Shown: positions 12,054 to 20,568 of the stretch, piece by piece
How the letters are laid out: every line of letters starts with the position of its first letter
How positions within the stretch are numbered: position 1 is the first letter of the stretch
Assembly (NCBI RefSeq): GCF_051873035.1
Contig: NZ_JBJEEL010000010.1
Coordinates: forward strand, 5,129 to 69,128
Direction of reading: 5' to 3'
DNA from: Limosilactobacillus sp.
GTDB lineage: Bacteria > Bacillota > Bacilli > Lactobacillales > Lactobacillaceae
Length of the DNA: 64,000 bases
Notes under the pieces: model-generated
The model's input: the letters and a program-made list of their open reading frames with translations, nothing else
The model's database searches: none
Told to the model about the DNA's origin: nothing
Translations under genes and position numbers: made by a program

Positions 12054-12581
12054 GTGATTGAACATAATAAGATCCAAATTCGTCGGGCCCAGCCAAGTGA
12101 CCGTCAGACAATCATTGATATCTATAACGAGGCGGTCCTGGCCGGAATTGCCACCGACGAAAGCCAGCCCGTCACCGTCGCTGCCCGGCAAGGTTGGTTT
12201 GACCAGTTTGATGCCCGGCACCCGCTTTGGGTAATTTGTGTCCAGGGCCACGTCAGCGGCTGGTGTGCATTAGAACACTTTTACGCCCACCCCGCCTACC
12301 GTGACTCGGCAGAAATCGCTATCTATATTCGTCGGCAGTCCCACCGGCATGGTCTTGGACGAGCCCTATTAAATTATGCCGACCAGCAGATCAAGGCCCA
12401 CCTGCACTTTAAGACAGTAGTTGCCTACATCTACGAATACAACCGCCCAAGTCAGGGCCTCTTTGCTAGTTGTGGTTATGAAAAATGGGGCCACCTGCCG
12501 GCCATTTCTAAAGTTGACGGCGAATACCGGGAGCTCAAGGTCTTTGGTAAGAACTACCCCACTATTAAGGCCGGCGCTTAA
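12054..12581 (+). CDS. GNAT family N-acetyltransferase (phosphinothricin/methionine-sulfoximine acetyltransferase-like)
   Basis: IYNEAV..., AEIAIYI...GLGRALL and N..S..LF...G GNAT motifs; GTG start behind AGGAGG. Confidence 0.85.
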   Translation: MIEHNKIQIRRAQPSDRQTIIDIYNEAVLAGIATDESQPVTVAARQGWFDQFDARHPLWVICVQGHVSGWCALEHFYAHPAYRDSAEIAIYIRRQSHRHGLGRALLNYADQQIKAHLHFKTVVAYIYEYNRPSQGLFASCGYEKWGHLPAISKVDGEYRELKVFGKNYPTIKAGA

Positions 12582-12744
12582 TTAGACAAGCAACCAGGAA
12601 GATGAGCCCGAACGCCTGGCAACCAAAGTCTAGCCACCGCCCTAGTGGGTCCTGATCAGTTGCCAGGTCAACTAGGGGCATCAATACCAGGGCCAGGCCA
12701 AACAGAAAGCTATTAGTTTTATAAAAGTGACGATTAAATTGCAT
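12565..12744 (-). CDS. Putative 59-aa two-helix membrane microprotein
   Basis: Manual translation MQFNRHFYKTNSFLFGLALVLMPLVDLATDQDPLGRWLDFGCQAFGLIFLVACLIKRRP; AGGT lies 8 nt upstream of the ATG; below the ORF-track cut-off. Confidence 0.5.
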   Translation of the reverse strand: MQFNRHFYKTNSFLFGLALVLMPLVDLATDQDPLGRWLDFGCQAFGLIFLVACLIKRRP

Positions 12745-12758
12745 GTTGAATTACCTGA

Positions 12759-12797
12759 AACAGCTCCTGACGATCAAAATAAACGCCAGGAGCTGTT
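12759..12797 (-). terminator. Hairpin after purB
   Basis: AACAGCTCCTG...CAGGAGCTGTT inverted repeat. Confidence 0.65.
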
Positions 12798-12802
12798 ATT
12801 TT

Positions 12803-14098
12803 TTAGTCTAAGCCAACCCGCTTGTAAATATCATCGACGTGGCGAAGGTGCCAGTGGTAGTCAAAGGCATCGTCTAAGTCTTCCTTAGTCAGTTGCTTTT
12901 GAATCGTCGGATCAGCTTCCAGTAATGGGCGGAATGGTACCTGGTCGGCCCAACACTTAGCCGTGTAAGGCTGGATCAGGTCATAAGCGGCTTCCCGGCT
13001 CATCCCGCTGTTAACTAACTTCAAGAGAACCCGGCCACTGTAGATCAACCCCAGCGTCTTGTCCATATTCTTCTTCATCGTTTCTGGGAAGACATCCAGG
13101 TTCTTCAGGATTCGACCGAAGCGCCGCAACATGTAGTCGATCAGTGAAGTTGAATCCGGTAAAATCATCCGTTCAGCACTGGAGTGGGAAATGTCCCGTT
13201 CGTGCCACAAAGGAACATCTTCGTAGGCCGTTACAATGTTGCCACGGAGAACCCGGGCACAGCCGCAAATGTTTTCCGAGCCAATCGGGTTCCGTTTGTG
13301 CGGCATGGCAGACGAACCCTTCTGGCCCTTAGCAAAGTGTTCTTCGACTTCGTGAATTTCGGTCCGTTGGAGGGAACGGATTTCGGTAGCCATTTCTTCC
13401 AGGCTCGTGCCGATTAAGGCAATCGTCGCGATGTATTCGGCATGCAGGTCCCGTGGCAAGATCTGGGTAGAGATTTCTTGGGCACGGAGGCCGAGCCGCT
13501 TGCAGACGTATTCCTCAACGAAGGGATCGATTTCCGCAAAGGTCCCGACCGCACCAGAGATCTTACCGGCCTCAACACCACGGGCGGCATGTTCAAACCG
13601 TTCCTTGTTCCGCTTCATCTCTGAGTACCAACGGGCCGCCTTCAAGCCGAAAGTGGTTGGTTCCGCGTGTACACCGTGGGTCCGGCCCATGCAGACGGTG
13701 TACTTGTACTTCTCGGCCATTTCCTTTAGGACCGCCATAAAGTCGTCGATGTCCTTACGGATAATATCGTTGGCCTTCTTCAGGCGGAGGCCCTGGGCAG
13801 TATCAACAACATCGGTACTGGTCATCCCGTAATGGACCCACTTTCTTTCGGGACCCAGGGACTTAGAAACATCCCGGGTAAACGCAATGACATCGTGGTG
13901 GGTGACCGCTTCAATCTCGGCAATCCCCTCTACGCTAAACTTAGCATTCTTCTTGATCTTTTCAACATCTTCAGCCGGAATGTGCCCGAGCTTACTCCAG
14001 GCCTCATCCGCCGCAATTTCTACTTCCAGCCAGCACTGGTACTGGGTCTCCAGGCTCCAGATCTTTTTCATTTCTGGACTAGTATAACGATCAATCAT
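12803..14098 (-). CDS. purB: Adenylosuccinate lyase
   Basis: [22 protein letters not shown] and [11 protein letters not shown] motifs. Confidence 0.98.
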   Translation of the reverse strand: MIDRYTSPEMKKIWSLETQYQCWLEVEIAADEAWSKLGHIPAEDVEKIKKNAKFSVEGIAEIEAVTHHDVIAFTRDVSKSLGPERKWVHYGMTSTDVVDTAQGLRLKKANDIIRKDIDDFMAVLKEMAEKYKYTVCMGRTHGVHAEPTTFGLKAARWYSEMKRNKERFEHAARGVEAGKISGAVGTFAEIDPFVEEYVCKRLGLRAQEISTQILPRDLHAEYIATIALIGTSLEEMATEIRSLQRTEIHEVEEHFAKGQKGSSAMPHKRNPIGSENICGCARVLRGNIVTAYEDVPLWHERDISHSSAERMILPDSTSLIDYMLRRFGRILKNLDVFPETMKKNMDKTLGLIYSGRVLLKLVNSGMSREAAYDLIQPYTAKCWADQVPFRPLLEADPTIQKQLTKEDLDDAFDYHWHLRHVDDIYKRVGLD

Positions 14099-14167
14099 CA
14101 GTCAAAAGTTCCTCTCTATACTTATTCTGCACCTATTATCGCACAGGACCGGGATTCGCCCAAGTCC

Positions 14168-15283
14168 TTACTTATCCCAAATATGGGTGGCCGCAATTTC
14201 GTTTAGCGTCTGGTCAACATCGTCAGTTAAAATCGTCACATGCCCCATCTTGCGGTTATGACGAATTTCCGCCTTACCGTAGTCATGAAAATGCCAGTAT
14301 GGTTTTTTAGCGATCTGGTCACGCACCCCCTGGACGTGTTGGCCCAAGACATTCACCATTACAACGGGATGTAAGAGGCTAACCTTGGGCAGGGGCCAGT
14401 TACAAATCGCCCGGTTATGGATGGCAAACTGGGAGAAGTCACAGGCCTCAATGGAGTAGTGACCCGAATTGTGGGGACGGGGAGCGAGCTCATTGATGTA
14501 GATCGTACCGTCGTGGCCGACAAACATTTCAACCCCCAGGATACCGCGGAGGTTAATTGCGTGGGCAATTTTAACTGCCATCTGTTGCGCACGTGCTTGC
14601 AGCTCTGGTGAAATTCGGGCCGGCACAATGCTAATGTGGAGAATCTCATTATGGTGAATATTTTCCGCAACCGGGAAGACGGTTACCTCGCCGTTTTCAT
14701 TCCGGCCCACCATCACAGAACATTCAAGCTGAAACGGTACCCACCCTTCCAGGATGGCATCCTTGGTCGATAAAATCCCCGTGCACTTTGCTAAATCGGC
14801 TTCACCTTGTAAAACTTCCTGGCCATGGCCATCATAGCCACCCTCGCAGGTTTTAAGGACACAGGGATAGCCCAGTTTGGTTACCGCCTGTTGTAGGTCA
14901 GCCTGATTTCGTACCGGCAAAAACGGGGCCGTCTTCAGGCCGGCATTCCGTAGAAAGGTCTTTTCGCGAAGACGGTTCTTCGTCGTGTACAACAAGTGGG
15001 TCCCTTGCGGCACGTAAGCCTGATCGGCGACGTCACGGAGGGCATTGAGGTCCACGTTTTCAAATTCATAGGTTAAGACATCGGCACGCCGTGCTAGTTC
15101 TTCAATCGCCTTGACATCAGCGTATTCTGCCACGATCTGGTCATCGGCCACCTGGCCAGCGGGACAGTGCGGGGTCGAATCCAAGATGATAACCTTCATC
15201 CCGGTTTGCTTAGCATCCAGTGCCATCATCTGGCCTAGCTGCCCGCCACCGATGATTCCAATTGTTTGTCCCTGTTGAATCAT
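14168..15283 (-). CDS. purK: N5-carboxyaminoimidazole ribonucleotide synthase
   Basis: IGIIGGGQLG, GYDGHGQ, NELAPRPHNSGH and RKMGH motifs; start set at ATG 15283 just after the purE stop. Confidence 0.96.
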   Translation of the reverse strand: MIQQGQTIGIIGGGQLGQMMALDAKQTGMKVIILDSTPHCPAGQVADDQIVAEYADVKAIEELARRADVLTYEFENVDLNALRDVADQAYVPQGTHLLYTTKNRLREKTFLRNAGLKTAPFLPVRNQADLQQAVTKLGYPCVLKTCEGGYDGHGQEVLQGEADLAKCTGILSTKDAILEGWVPFQLECSVMVGRNENGEVTVFPVAENIHHNEILHISIVPARISPELQARAQQMAVKIAHAINLRGILGVEMFVGHDGTIYINELAPRPHNSGHYSIEACDFSQFAIHNRAICNWPLPKVSLLHPVVMVNVLGQHVQGVRDQIAKKPYWHFHDYGKAEIRHNRKMGHVTILTDDVDQTLNEIAATHIWDK

Positions 15284-15284
15284 C

Positions 15285-15773
15285 TTAGTCAAGGTGGGCA
15301 CCGCTTTCCATGGCTGCATCGTGCATCTGCTGGCGGTAGTCAACAATTTGCTGTTGAATTGTTTGGTCAGTGATCCCCAGGATCTGTAATGCTAACAGGG
15401 CCGCATTTTTAGCTCCGGCAACGCCAATCGCCGTGGTTGCTACCGGAATCCCCGCCGGCATCTGCACAATTGACAAGAGGGAGTCCATACCACCCAAGGC
15501 CTTAGTTTGGCCCGGAATCCCAATTACCGGCAAGGGGGTATTAGCCGCAATCATCCCTGGGAGGTGGGCTGCACCCCCGGCACAAGCAATAATGACCTTC
15601 GTTCCCTTAGAAACTGCTCCCTGGGCAAAGGCGAACATTTCCTTAGGCATCCGGTGCGCCGAGATAACGTTTTTATCATAGTCAACGCCAAACTGGTCAA
15701 GGATCTGGCAAGCCGCCTTAACCGTTGGCCAGTCCGACTTACTGCCCATTACAACACTGATTTTACTCATCAC
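15285..15773 (-). CDS. purE: N5-CAIR mutase
   Basis: MGSKSD, SAHR, AGGAAHLPG and SIVQMP motifs. Confidence 0.97.
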   Translation of the reverse strand: MMSKISVVMGSKSDWPTVKAACQILDQFGVDYDKNVISAHRMPKEMFAFAQGAVSKGTKVIIACAGGAAHLPGMIAANTPLPVIGIPGQTKALGGMDSLLSIVQMPAGIPVATTAIGVAGAKNAALLALQILGITDQTIQQQIVDYRQQMHDAAMESGAHLD

Positions 15774-15830
15774 ACTACCTCCTTCAGAACTGCCTTAAGG
15801 ATACCAGATCGCAGTGTGTTCTTCAATGAT

Positions 15831-15874
15831 ATTTACGAACAAAATTATTATATATTATTTTAATGTTCGATTTT
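15831..15874. promoter_or_regulatory. Inverted PurBox pair upstream of purE
   Basis: ATTTACGAACAAA ... AATGTTCGATTT; resembles the PurR box (CGAAC core in AT-rich context). Confidence 0.6.
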
Positions 15875-16801
15875 ATTTTTTGGCCACTTTAACCCATCCT
15901 TCATCAACTGGTCCATTATCTTATCTGAAACCGGAATAACCGGATCATATGTCGGTGTAGAAACCCGATAATTAGTAGTCATTTTTCGATACTGAAGAGG
16001 GCTTACCCCAAAGTGCTTTTTAAAGGTCCGTGAAAAGTTTTTACTGTCCGGAAAGTGAGCTTGTCCCGCAACTACATATACCGGCTCATTACCTAATGCT
16101 AGAAGGTGCTTGGCATACTCCAGACGCTGTTCTAGTAAGAATTCATAGAGCGAAATATGGTACATTTCCTTGAATTTACGATTTAAATAGGGAATCGAAA
16201 ATCCCCAAATACCATTGAGGTCATCTAAGCGATCGATCTCCAAAAAATGGACTACCAAATACTTATGGACACTTTCGGCCACATTAATATGGTCCGTATT
16301 CTTCTGCTGGCTGCGTACTAACTCAGCGTAATCGGCACTCATGAGTATTAGGAATTGGGCAATTGCTAAATCAGAGTAATAACTATTCCCCATCTTTTCG
16401 GTATTAATTAATTCAAGCGCCGAGCTAATTACCCTGGGTGCGTTATATAGGTAACCATGCTGCGGTAGGGATGCCTCCTCAACACGTGCAGGCGAATACC
16501 TTTCCGTGATCTGGGCTTCTTTGCGTGGAAAGAAGTGAATCCAAATATACTTTGTCCCTACCGGGAGTTTTCTAAATCCTTTTGCCGGTTTAAAAGGGGG
16601 AACGATCAAATATTCATTGGTATGAATTGAGAATTCATGGTTAGCAATTGAAAGGTAAACTATCCCGCGAAGAACTATCAATAAGCCATAGTTCCCCGGT
16701 TGAATCAGCTCCTTACGCCGCCATTCTCGTGTTCCTTGAAAGATACCCGAAACATAATAAAACGGAATTTTTTTAAGGTTAAATTTAAAAAACTGGTTCA
16801 C
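15860..16801 (-). CDS. AraC/XylS family transcriptional regulator
   Basis: C-terminal HTH (RLEYAKHLL...F.DSKNFSRTFKKHFGVSPLQYR) and an N-terminal cupin-like domain; probable GTG start 16801 behind GAGGTG; divergent from the GH31 gene. Confidence 0.88.
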   Translation of the reverse strand: MNQFFKFNLKKIPFYYVSGIFQGTREWRRKELIQPGNYGLLIVLRGIVYLSIANHEFSIHTNEYLIVPPFKPAKGFRKLPVGTKYIWIHFFPRKEAQITERYSPARVEEASLPQHGYLYNAPRVISSALELINTEKMGNSYYSDLAIAQFLILMSADYAELVRSQQKNTDHINVAESVHKYLVVHFLEIDRLDDLNGIWGFSIPYLNRKFKEMYHISLYEFLLEQRLEYAKHLLALGNEPVYVVAGQAHFPDSKNFSRTFKKHFGVSPLQYRKMTTNYRVSTPTYDPVIPVSDKIMDQLMKDGLKWPKNKIEH

Positions 16802-16898
16802 CAATATCACCTCTTTTTTGAAAAAGGTTAGTTCGTTTTCAACACTATCTAACATTATATCGCTGTTGTACAGTATTTCACATTTTATATAATAAAGT

Positions 16899-16912
16899 CG
16901 TAAGCGCTTACC
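16899..16912. promoter_or_regulatory. cre (CcpA) site upstream of the GH31 gene
   Basis: CGTAAGCGCTTACC, with palindromic core GTAAGCGCTTAC just downstream of TATAAT. Confidence 0.7.
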
Positions 16913-16954
16913 AAATAGATTCTAATAAGAATGATTTGGGAAGAAGGATAAAGC

Positions 16955-19015
16955 ATGGAAATCTACCAGGAAAACGGCTGTTTATACCAGCTTAACAATG
17001 GCGAAAAAATTGAGGTACGTCCTTGGGGTGACAATAGCTTCCGGGTACGGAGTACTAAGTTTGATAACTTTACGGGCCATAAAAACGCCCTGACGATGCC
17101 AATTAAAGAAACGCAGCCTGCCAAGATCACGCTTGGTGCTAATGGTCATGCCGGAGCAATCACTAACGGAAAGATCACTGCTAAATTTGATGTTTACGGT
17201 AATATTGCGTTCTTTAACCAGGACAATAAGCTCCTGTTGCAGGGGTGGCAACGTACAAGAATTACCGCAATGGATCCCGGAACCGATGATTATAAGATGA
17301 ACCACTTTAATAGTGCACTCGACTTGGATTGGCATGAATTTAAAGGGATCGCCGGTGGTGACTTTAAACTCCATGTTCGTTTTGAAGCCGATCCTGATGA
17401 GCGGATCTATGGAATGGGACAATACCAGCAAAACTTTCTCAACCTAAAAAACGCTAAATTAGAATTAGCGCTTCGCAACTCCCAGGCATCCGTTCCCTTC
17501 TATCTTTCAAGTAAAGGATACGGATTTTTATGGAATAATCCTGGTGTTGGTGAAGTTTCCTTTGCTAAAAACTTAACTGACTGGAAAGCCAGAGCAACTA
17601 AGGAAATGGACTTTTGGATTACCGCTGGTGACACCCCGCACCAAATCGAAGAACAATATGCCGCCGTCGCGGGAACTGTCCCAATGATGCCAGACTACGC
17701 AATGGGTTACTGGCAATGTAAGTTACGTTACCAGACTCAAGATGAGCTTCTTTCCGCTGCCCGCGAATTTAAGAAACGGAACCTGCCAATTAGTGTTATC
17801 GTGATCGACTTCTTCCACTGGCCAAAGTCTGGTGAATGGTGCTTTGACAAAGAGTATTGGCCTGATCCCAAGGCAATGATTAAGGAACTGCACGAAATGG
17901 GAATCAAGCTAATGGTCTCCGTTTGGCCAACGGTAGATAAAACTAGTTCCCACTACCAGGAAATGCGTGATAAAGGTTACCTGGCGCAAGTCGAACGGGG
18001 GGTTCCAATTACAATGGACTTCCTCGGTAATAATGGTTTTGCCGACTTTACTAATCCCAAGACTCAGCAATACGTCTGGAATCTTCTGAAAAAGAATTAT
18101 TACGATCAAGGCGTGGACCTCTTTTGGCTTGATGAAGCGGAGCCCGAGTATTCAATCTACGACTACGATAATTATCGTTACCACGATGGCAGCGTACTTG
18201 AGGTTGGCAATCGCTTCCCCGTTGGCTACTCGAAGATGGTTTTCGATGGCATGAAAAAGGAAGATCCCAAGCATCAAGTTATTAACCTTGTCCGAAGTGC
18301 CTGGGCCGGCAGTCAACGTTATGGTGCCCTAGTATGGTCCGGTGATATTGATTCTAGTTTCCGCGCCCTACGTAACCAGCTTTGCATCGGCTTAAACATG
18401 GGAATCGCCGGCATCCCTTGGTGGACTACTGACATCGGTGGTTTCCTCGGTGGAAAGACAACCGACCCTAAGTTCCATGAACTAGTTACCCGGTGGTTCG
18501 AATTTGCAACCTTCTGTCCCGTTATGCGGATGCACGGTGATCGTGAACCACACGCTAAACCACTAGGAACTACCGGTGGCGGTAAAATGCCATCCGGTGC
18601 CCCAACCGAACCATGGGCATATGGTGATGAGGTCTATGAAATCATGAAGAAGTACATGGTTCTCCGTTACCAGATGCATGACTACATCAAGCAATTGATG
18701 CAGGATGCCCACGAAAAGGGAACCCCGGTTATCTCACCGCTCTTCTACCATTATGATCAAGATAAAGAAGCCTGGCAGATTGAAGACGAGTTCATGTTTG
18801 GTCCACAAGTACTCGTTGCGCCGGTCCTTCATGAAAAAGAAAGTGAACGTTCTGTCTATCTCCCAGCCGGTTACCAATGGACTGATATTTATACTGGCAA
18901 GAGCTACAACGGTGGTCAACGGCTCACTGTTAAGACACCGCTTAACCAAATTCCGGTCTTTACGCGGACCGATAAGCCAGTTAAAGAGCTCTTAGAATTT
19001 GGGAAAGAAATGTAG
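16955..19015 (+). CDS. Glycoside hydrolase family 31 (probable alpha-xylosidase)
   Basis: GYWQCKLRY, IVIDFFHW, nucleophile WLDEAEP, WSGDI, WTTDIGGF and MRMHG motifs. Confidence 0.88.
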   Translation: MEIYQENGCLYQLNNGEKIEVRPWGDNSFRVRSTKFDNFTGHKNALTMPIKETQPAKITLGANGHAGAITNGKITAKFDVYGNIAFFNQDNKLLLQGWQRTRITAMDPGTDDYKMNHFNSALDLDWHEFKGIAGGDFKLHVRFEADPDERIYGMGQYQQNFLNLKNAKLELALRNSQASVPFYLSSKGYGFLWNNPGVGEVSFAKNLTDWKARATKEMDFWITAGDTPHQIEEQYAAVAGTVPMMPDYAMGYWQCKLRYQTQDELLSAAREFKKRNLPISVIVIDFFHWPKSGEWCFDKEYWPDPKAMIKELHEMGIKLMVSVWPTVDKTSSHYQEMRDKGYLAQVERGVPITMDFLGNNGFADFTNPKTQQYVWNLLKKNYYDQGVDLFWLDEAEPEYSIYDYDNYRYHDGSVLEVGNRFPVGYSKMVFDGMKKEDPKHQVINLVRSAWAGSQRYGALVWSGDIDSSFRALRNQLCIGLNMGIAGIPWWTTDIGGFLGGKTTDPKFHELVTRWFEFATFCPVMRMHGDREPHAKPLGTTGGGKMPSGAPTEPWAYGDEVYEIMKKYMVLRYQMHDYIKQLMQDAHEKGTPVISPLFYHYDQDKEAWQIEDEFMFGPQVLVAPVLHEKESERSVYLPAGYQWTDIYTGKSYNGGQRLTVKTPLNQIPVFTRTDKPVKELLEFGKEM

Positions 19016-19026
19016 GATAAGGTGAG

Positions 19027-20424
19027 GTGGCAAAAATGAGTAATTCGAACACTTCACTTGCCAACGGGCCACTGCCGTTTCACGAAAAATTCGGTTGGGC
19101 AATCGGTGACCTTGGTCAAAACCTGATCATTCAAACGGTCAGCACGTACTTACTGTTTTTCTATACTAACGTCTACGGTTTACCGGCCGCTGACGCAGCA
19201 ACCATGTTTCTAGTTGTTAGAATGATCGATGCCATCAACGATCCAATTGTTGGTACATTCGTCGATAAACACAATACCAAATGGGGGAAATATCGTGGTT
19301 ACCTCTTGATCACTTCAATTCCGTTGGCAATCATGGCAACACTTTGCTTTTACGTGCCCAATTTTGGTAGCGTCGGTAAACTAGTCTATGCTTACGTTAC
19401 TTATGTGGGGATGTCATTGATCTATACAACCGTTAATATCCCCTACGGTTCCCTAAATGCATCTATGACCCGGAATAACCAAGAACTTATTTCAATGAAT
19501 TCGCTGCGAATGTTCCTCGCCCAAATCGGTGGAATTCTGGTGACATTCGGGATTCCGATCTTTGTTAAACTGTATTCCGGTGGCTACTATTCCGGTGTGC
19601 ATGCCGAAAAGGGCTGGTTCTTAACGATGATGAGCTATGGTGTCTTAGCAGCGGTAATCCTATTGTTTACCTTTAGTCAATCAATTGAACATATCCACAT
19701 GGACACCACGGATGAAGCTAATATCAAGGTTAGCGACCTATTCCGTCAGCTAAAGATCAATCATCCGTTACAAATCCTTGCAACCTTCTTCATCATTACG
19801 TTCGGCCTAATGTCAGTCACTGGCGCAGTTGGTGCCTACTATATGACCTATAATGCTAACAACCCAGATTTAATGAAGTGGTATAACCTAATCGGATTAC
19901 TACCAATCTTTATCGTCTTACCAATTCAACCAAAAATCAGTAAGAAGTTTGGTACCCAGGCACTAATGCAAACTAGTTTAATAATTTCGATTCTGGGTTC
20001 CCTAATGATGTTCTGCACACCGGCAACCAATCTTTTCATGACGTTTGCTGGTCACGCTTTGCAAAACTGTGGGATCCTTTTCGCTGAAACTTATGAGTGG
20101 GCCCTTGTTCCACAAACGATTACCTATGGTGAGTGGAAAACCGGTAAGCGCGAAAACGGGATCGTTAATGCCATCGTCGGTTTCTTCTTCAAATTTGGGA
20201 TGGCCCTCGGTGGTATTATTCCAGGGTACGTTCTGGCAGCATTTGGTTTTGTCGCTAACCAAACACAGACTGCCCACAGCTTGTTTGGGATTAAGCTGCT
20301 AACTACCATTATTCCGGTAATCTTAACCGTTTTAGCAATGGTGGTCTTCCACTTCTACCGTTTGACTAACGAAAAAGTGGAAAAGCTTAACCAAGAAATC
20401 ATTCAGCGCAAAGCAACTAAATAG
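19027..20424 (+). CDS. Glycoside-pentoside-hexuronide (GPH) cation symporter, XylP-like
   Basis: FFYTNVYGL, RMIDAINDP..G..VD..TKWGKYR and NIPYGSL motifs. Confidence 0.9.
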   Translation: MAKMSNSNTSLANGPLPFHEKFGWAIGDLGQNLIIQTVSTYLLFFYTNVYGLPAADAATMFLVVRMIDAINDPIVGTFVDKHNTKWGKYRGYLLITSIPLAIMATLCFYVPNFGSVGKLVYAYVTYVGMSLIYTTVNIPYGSLNASMTRNNQELISMNSLRMFLAQIGGILVTFGIPIFVKLYSGGYYSGVHAEKGWFLTMMSYGVLAAVILLFTFSQSIEHIHMDTTDEANIKVSDLFRQLKINHPLQILATFFIITFGLMSVTGAVGAYYMTYNANNPDLMKWYNLIGLLPIFIVLPIQPKISKKFGTQALMQTSLIISILGSLMMFCTPATNLFMTFAGHALQNCGILFAETYEWALVPQTITYGEWKTGKRENGIVNAIVGFFFKFGMALGGIIPGYVLAAFGFVANQTQTAHSLFGIKLLTTIIPVILTVLAMVVFHFYRLTNEKVEKLNQEIIQRKATK

Positions 20425-20478
20425 ACTTTAATAACTACAAGTGGGGCCGGCGATTCTGACGCGCCACTCCCCAATAAA

Positions 20479-20531
20479 CACAAATAGGCGTCAAGCGTTC
20501 GGCTTTTTCCCGAATGCTTGACGCCATTTGT
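20479..20531. terminator. Bidirectional hairpin between convergent genes (repeat-core family)
   Basis: CACAAATAGGCGTCAAGCGTTCGG-CTTTTTC-CCGAATGCTTGACGCCATTTGT. Confidence 0.7.
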
Positions 20532-20568
20532 ATATTGCATTATTGAGTTTTAATTCATATTACCGACC

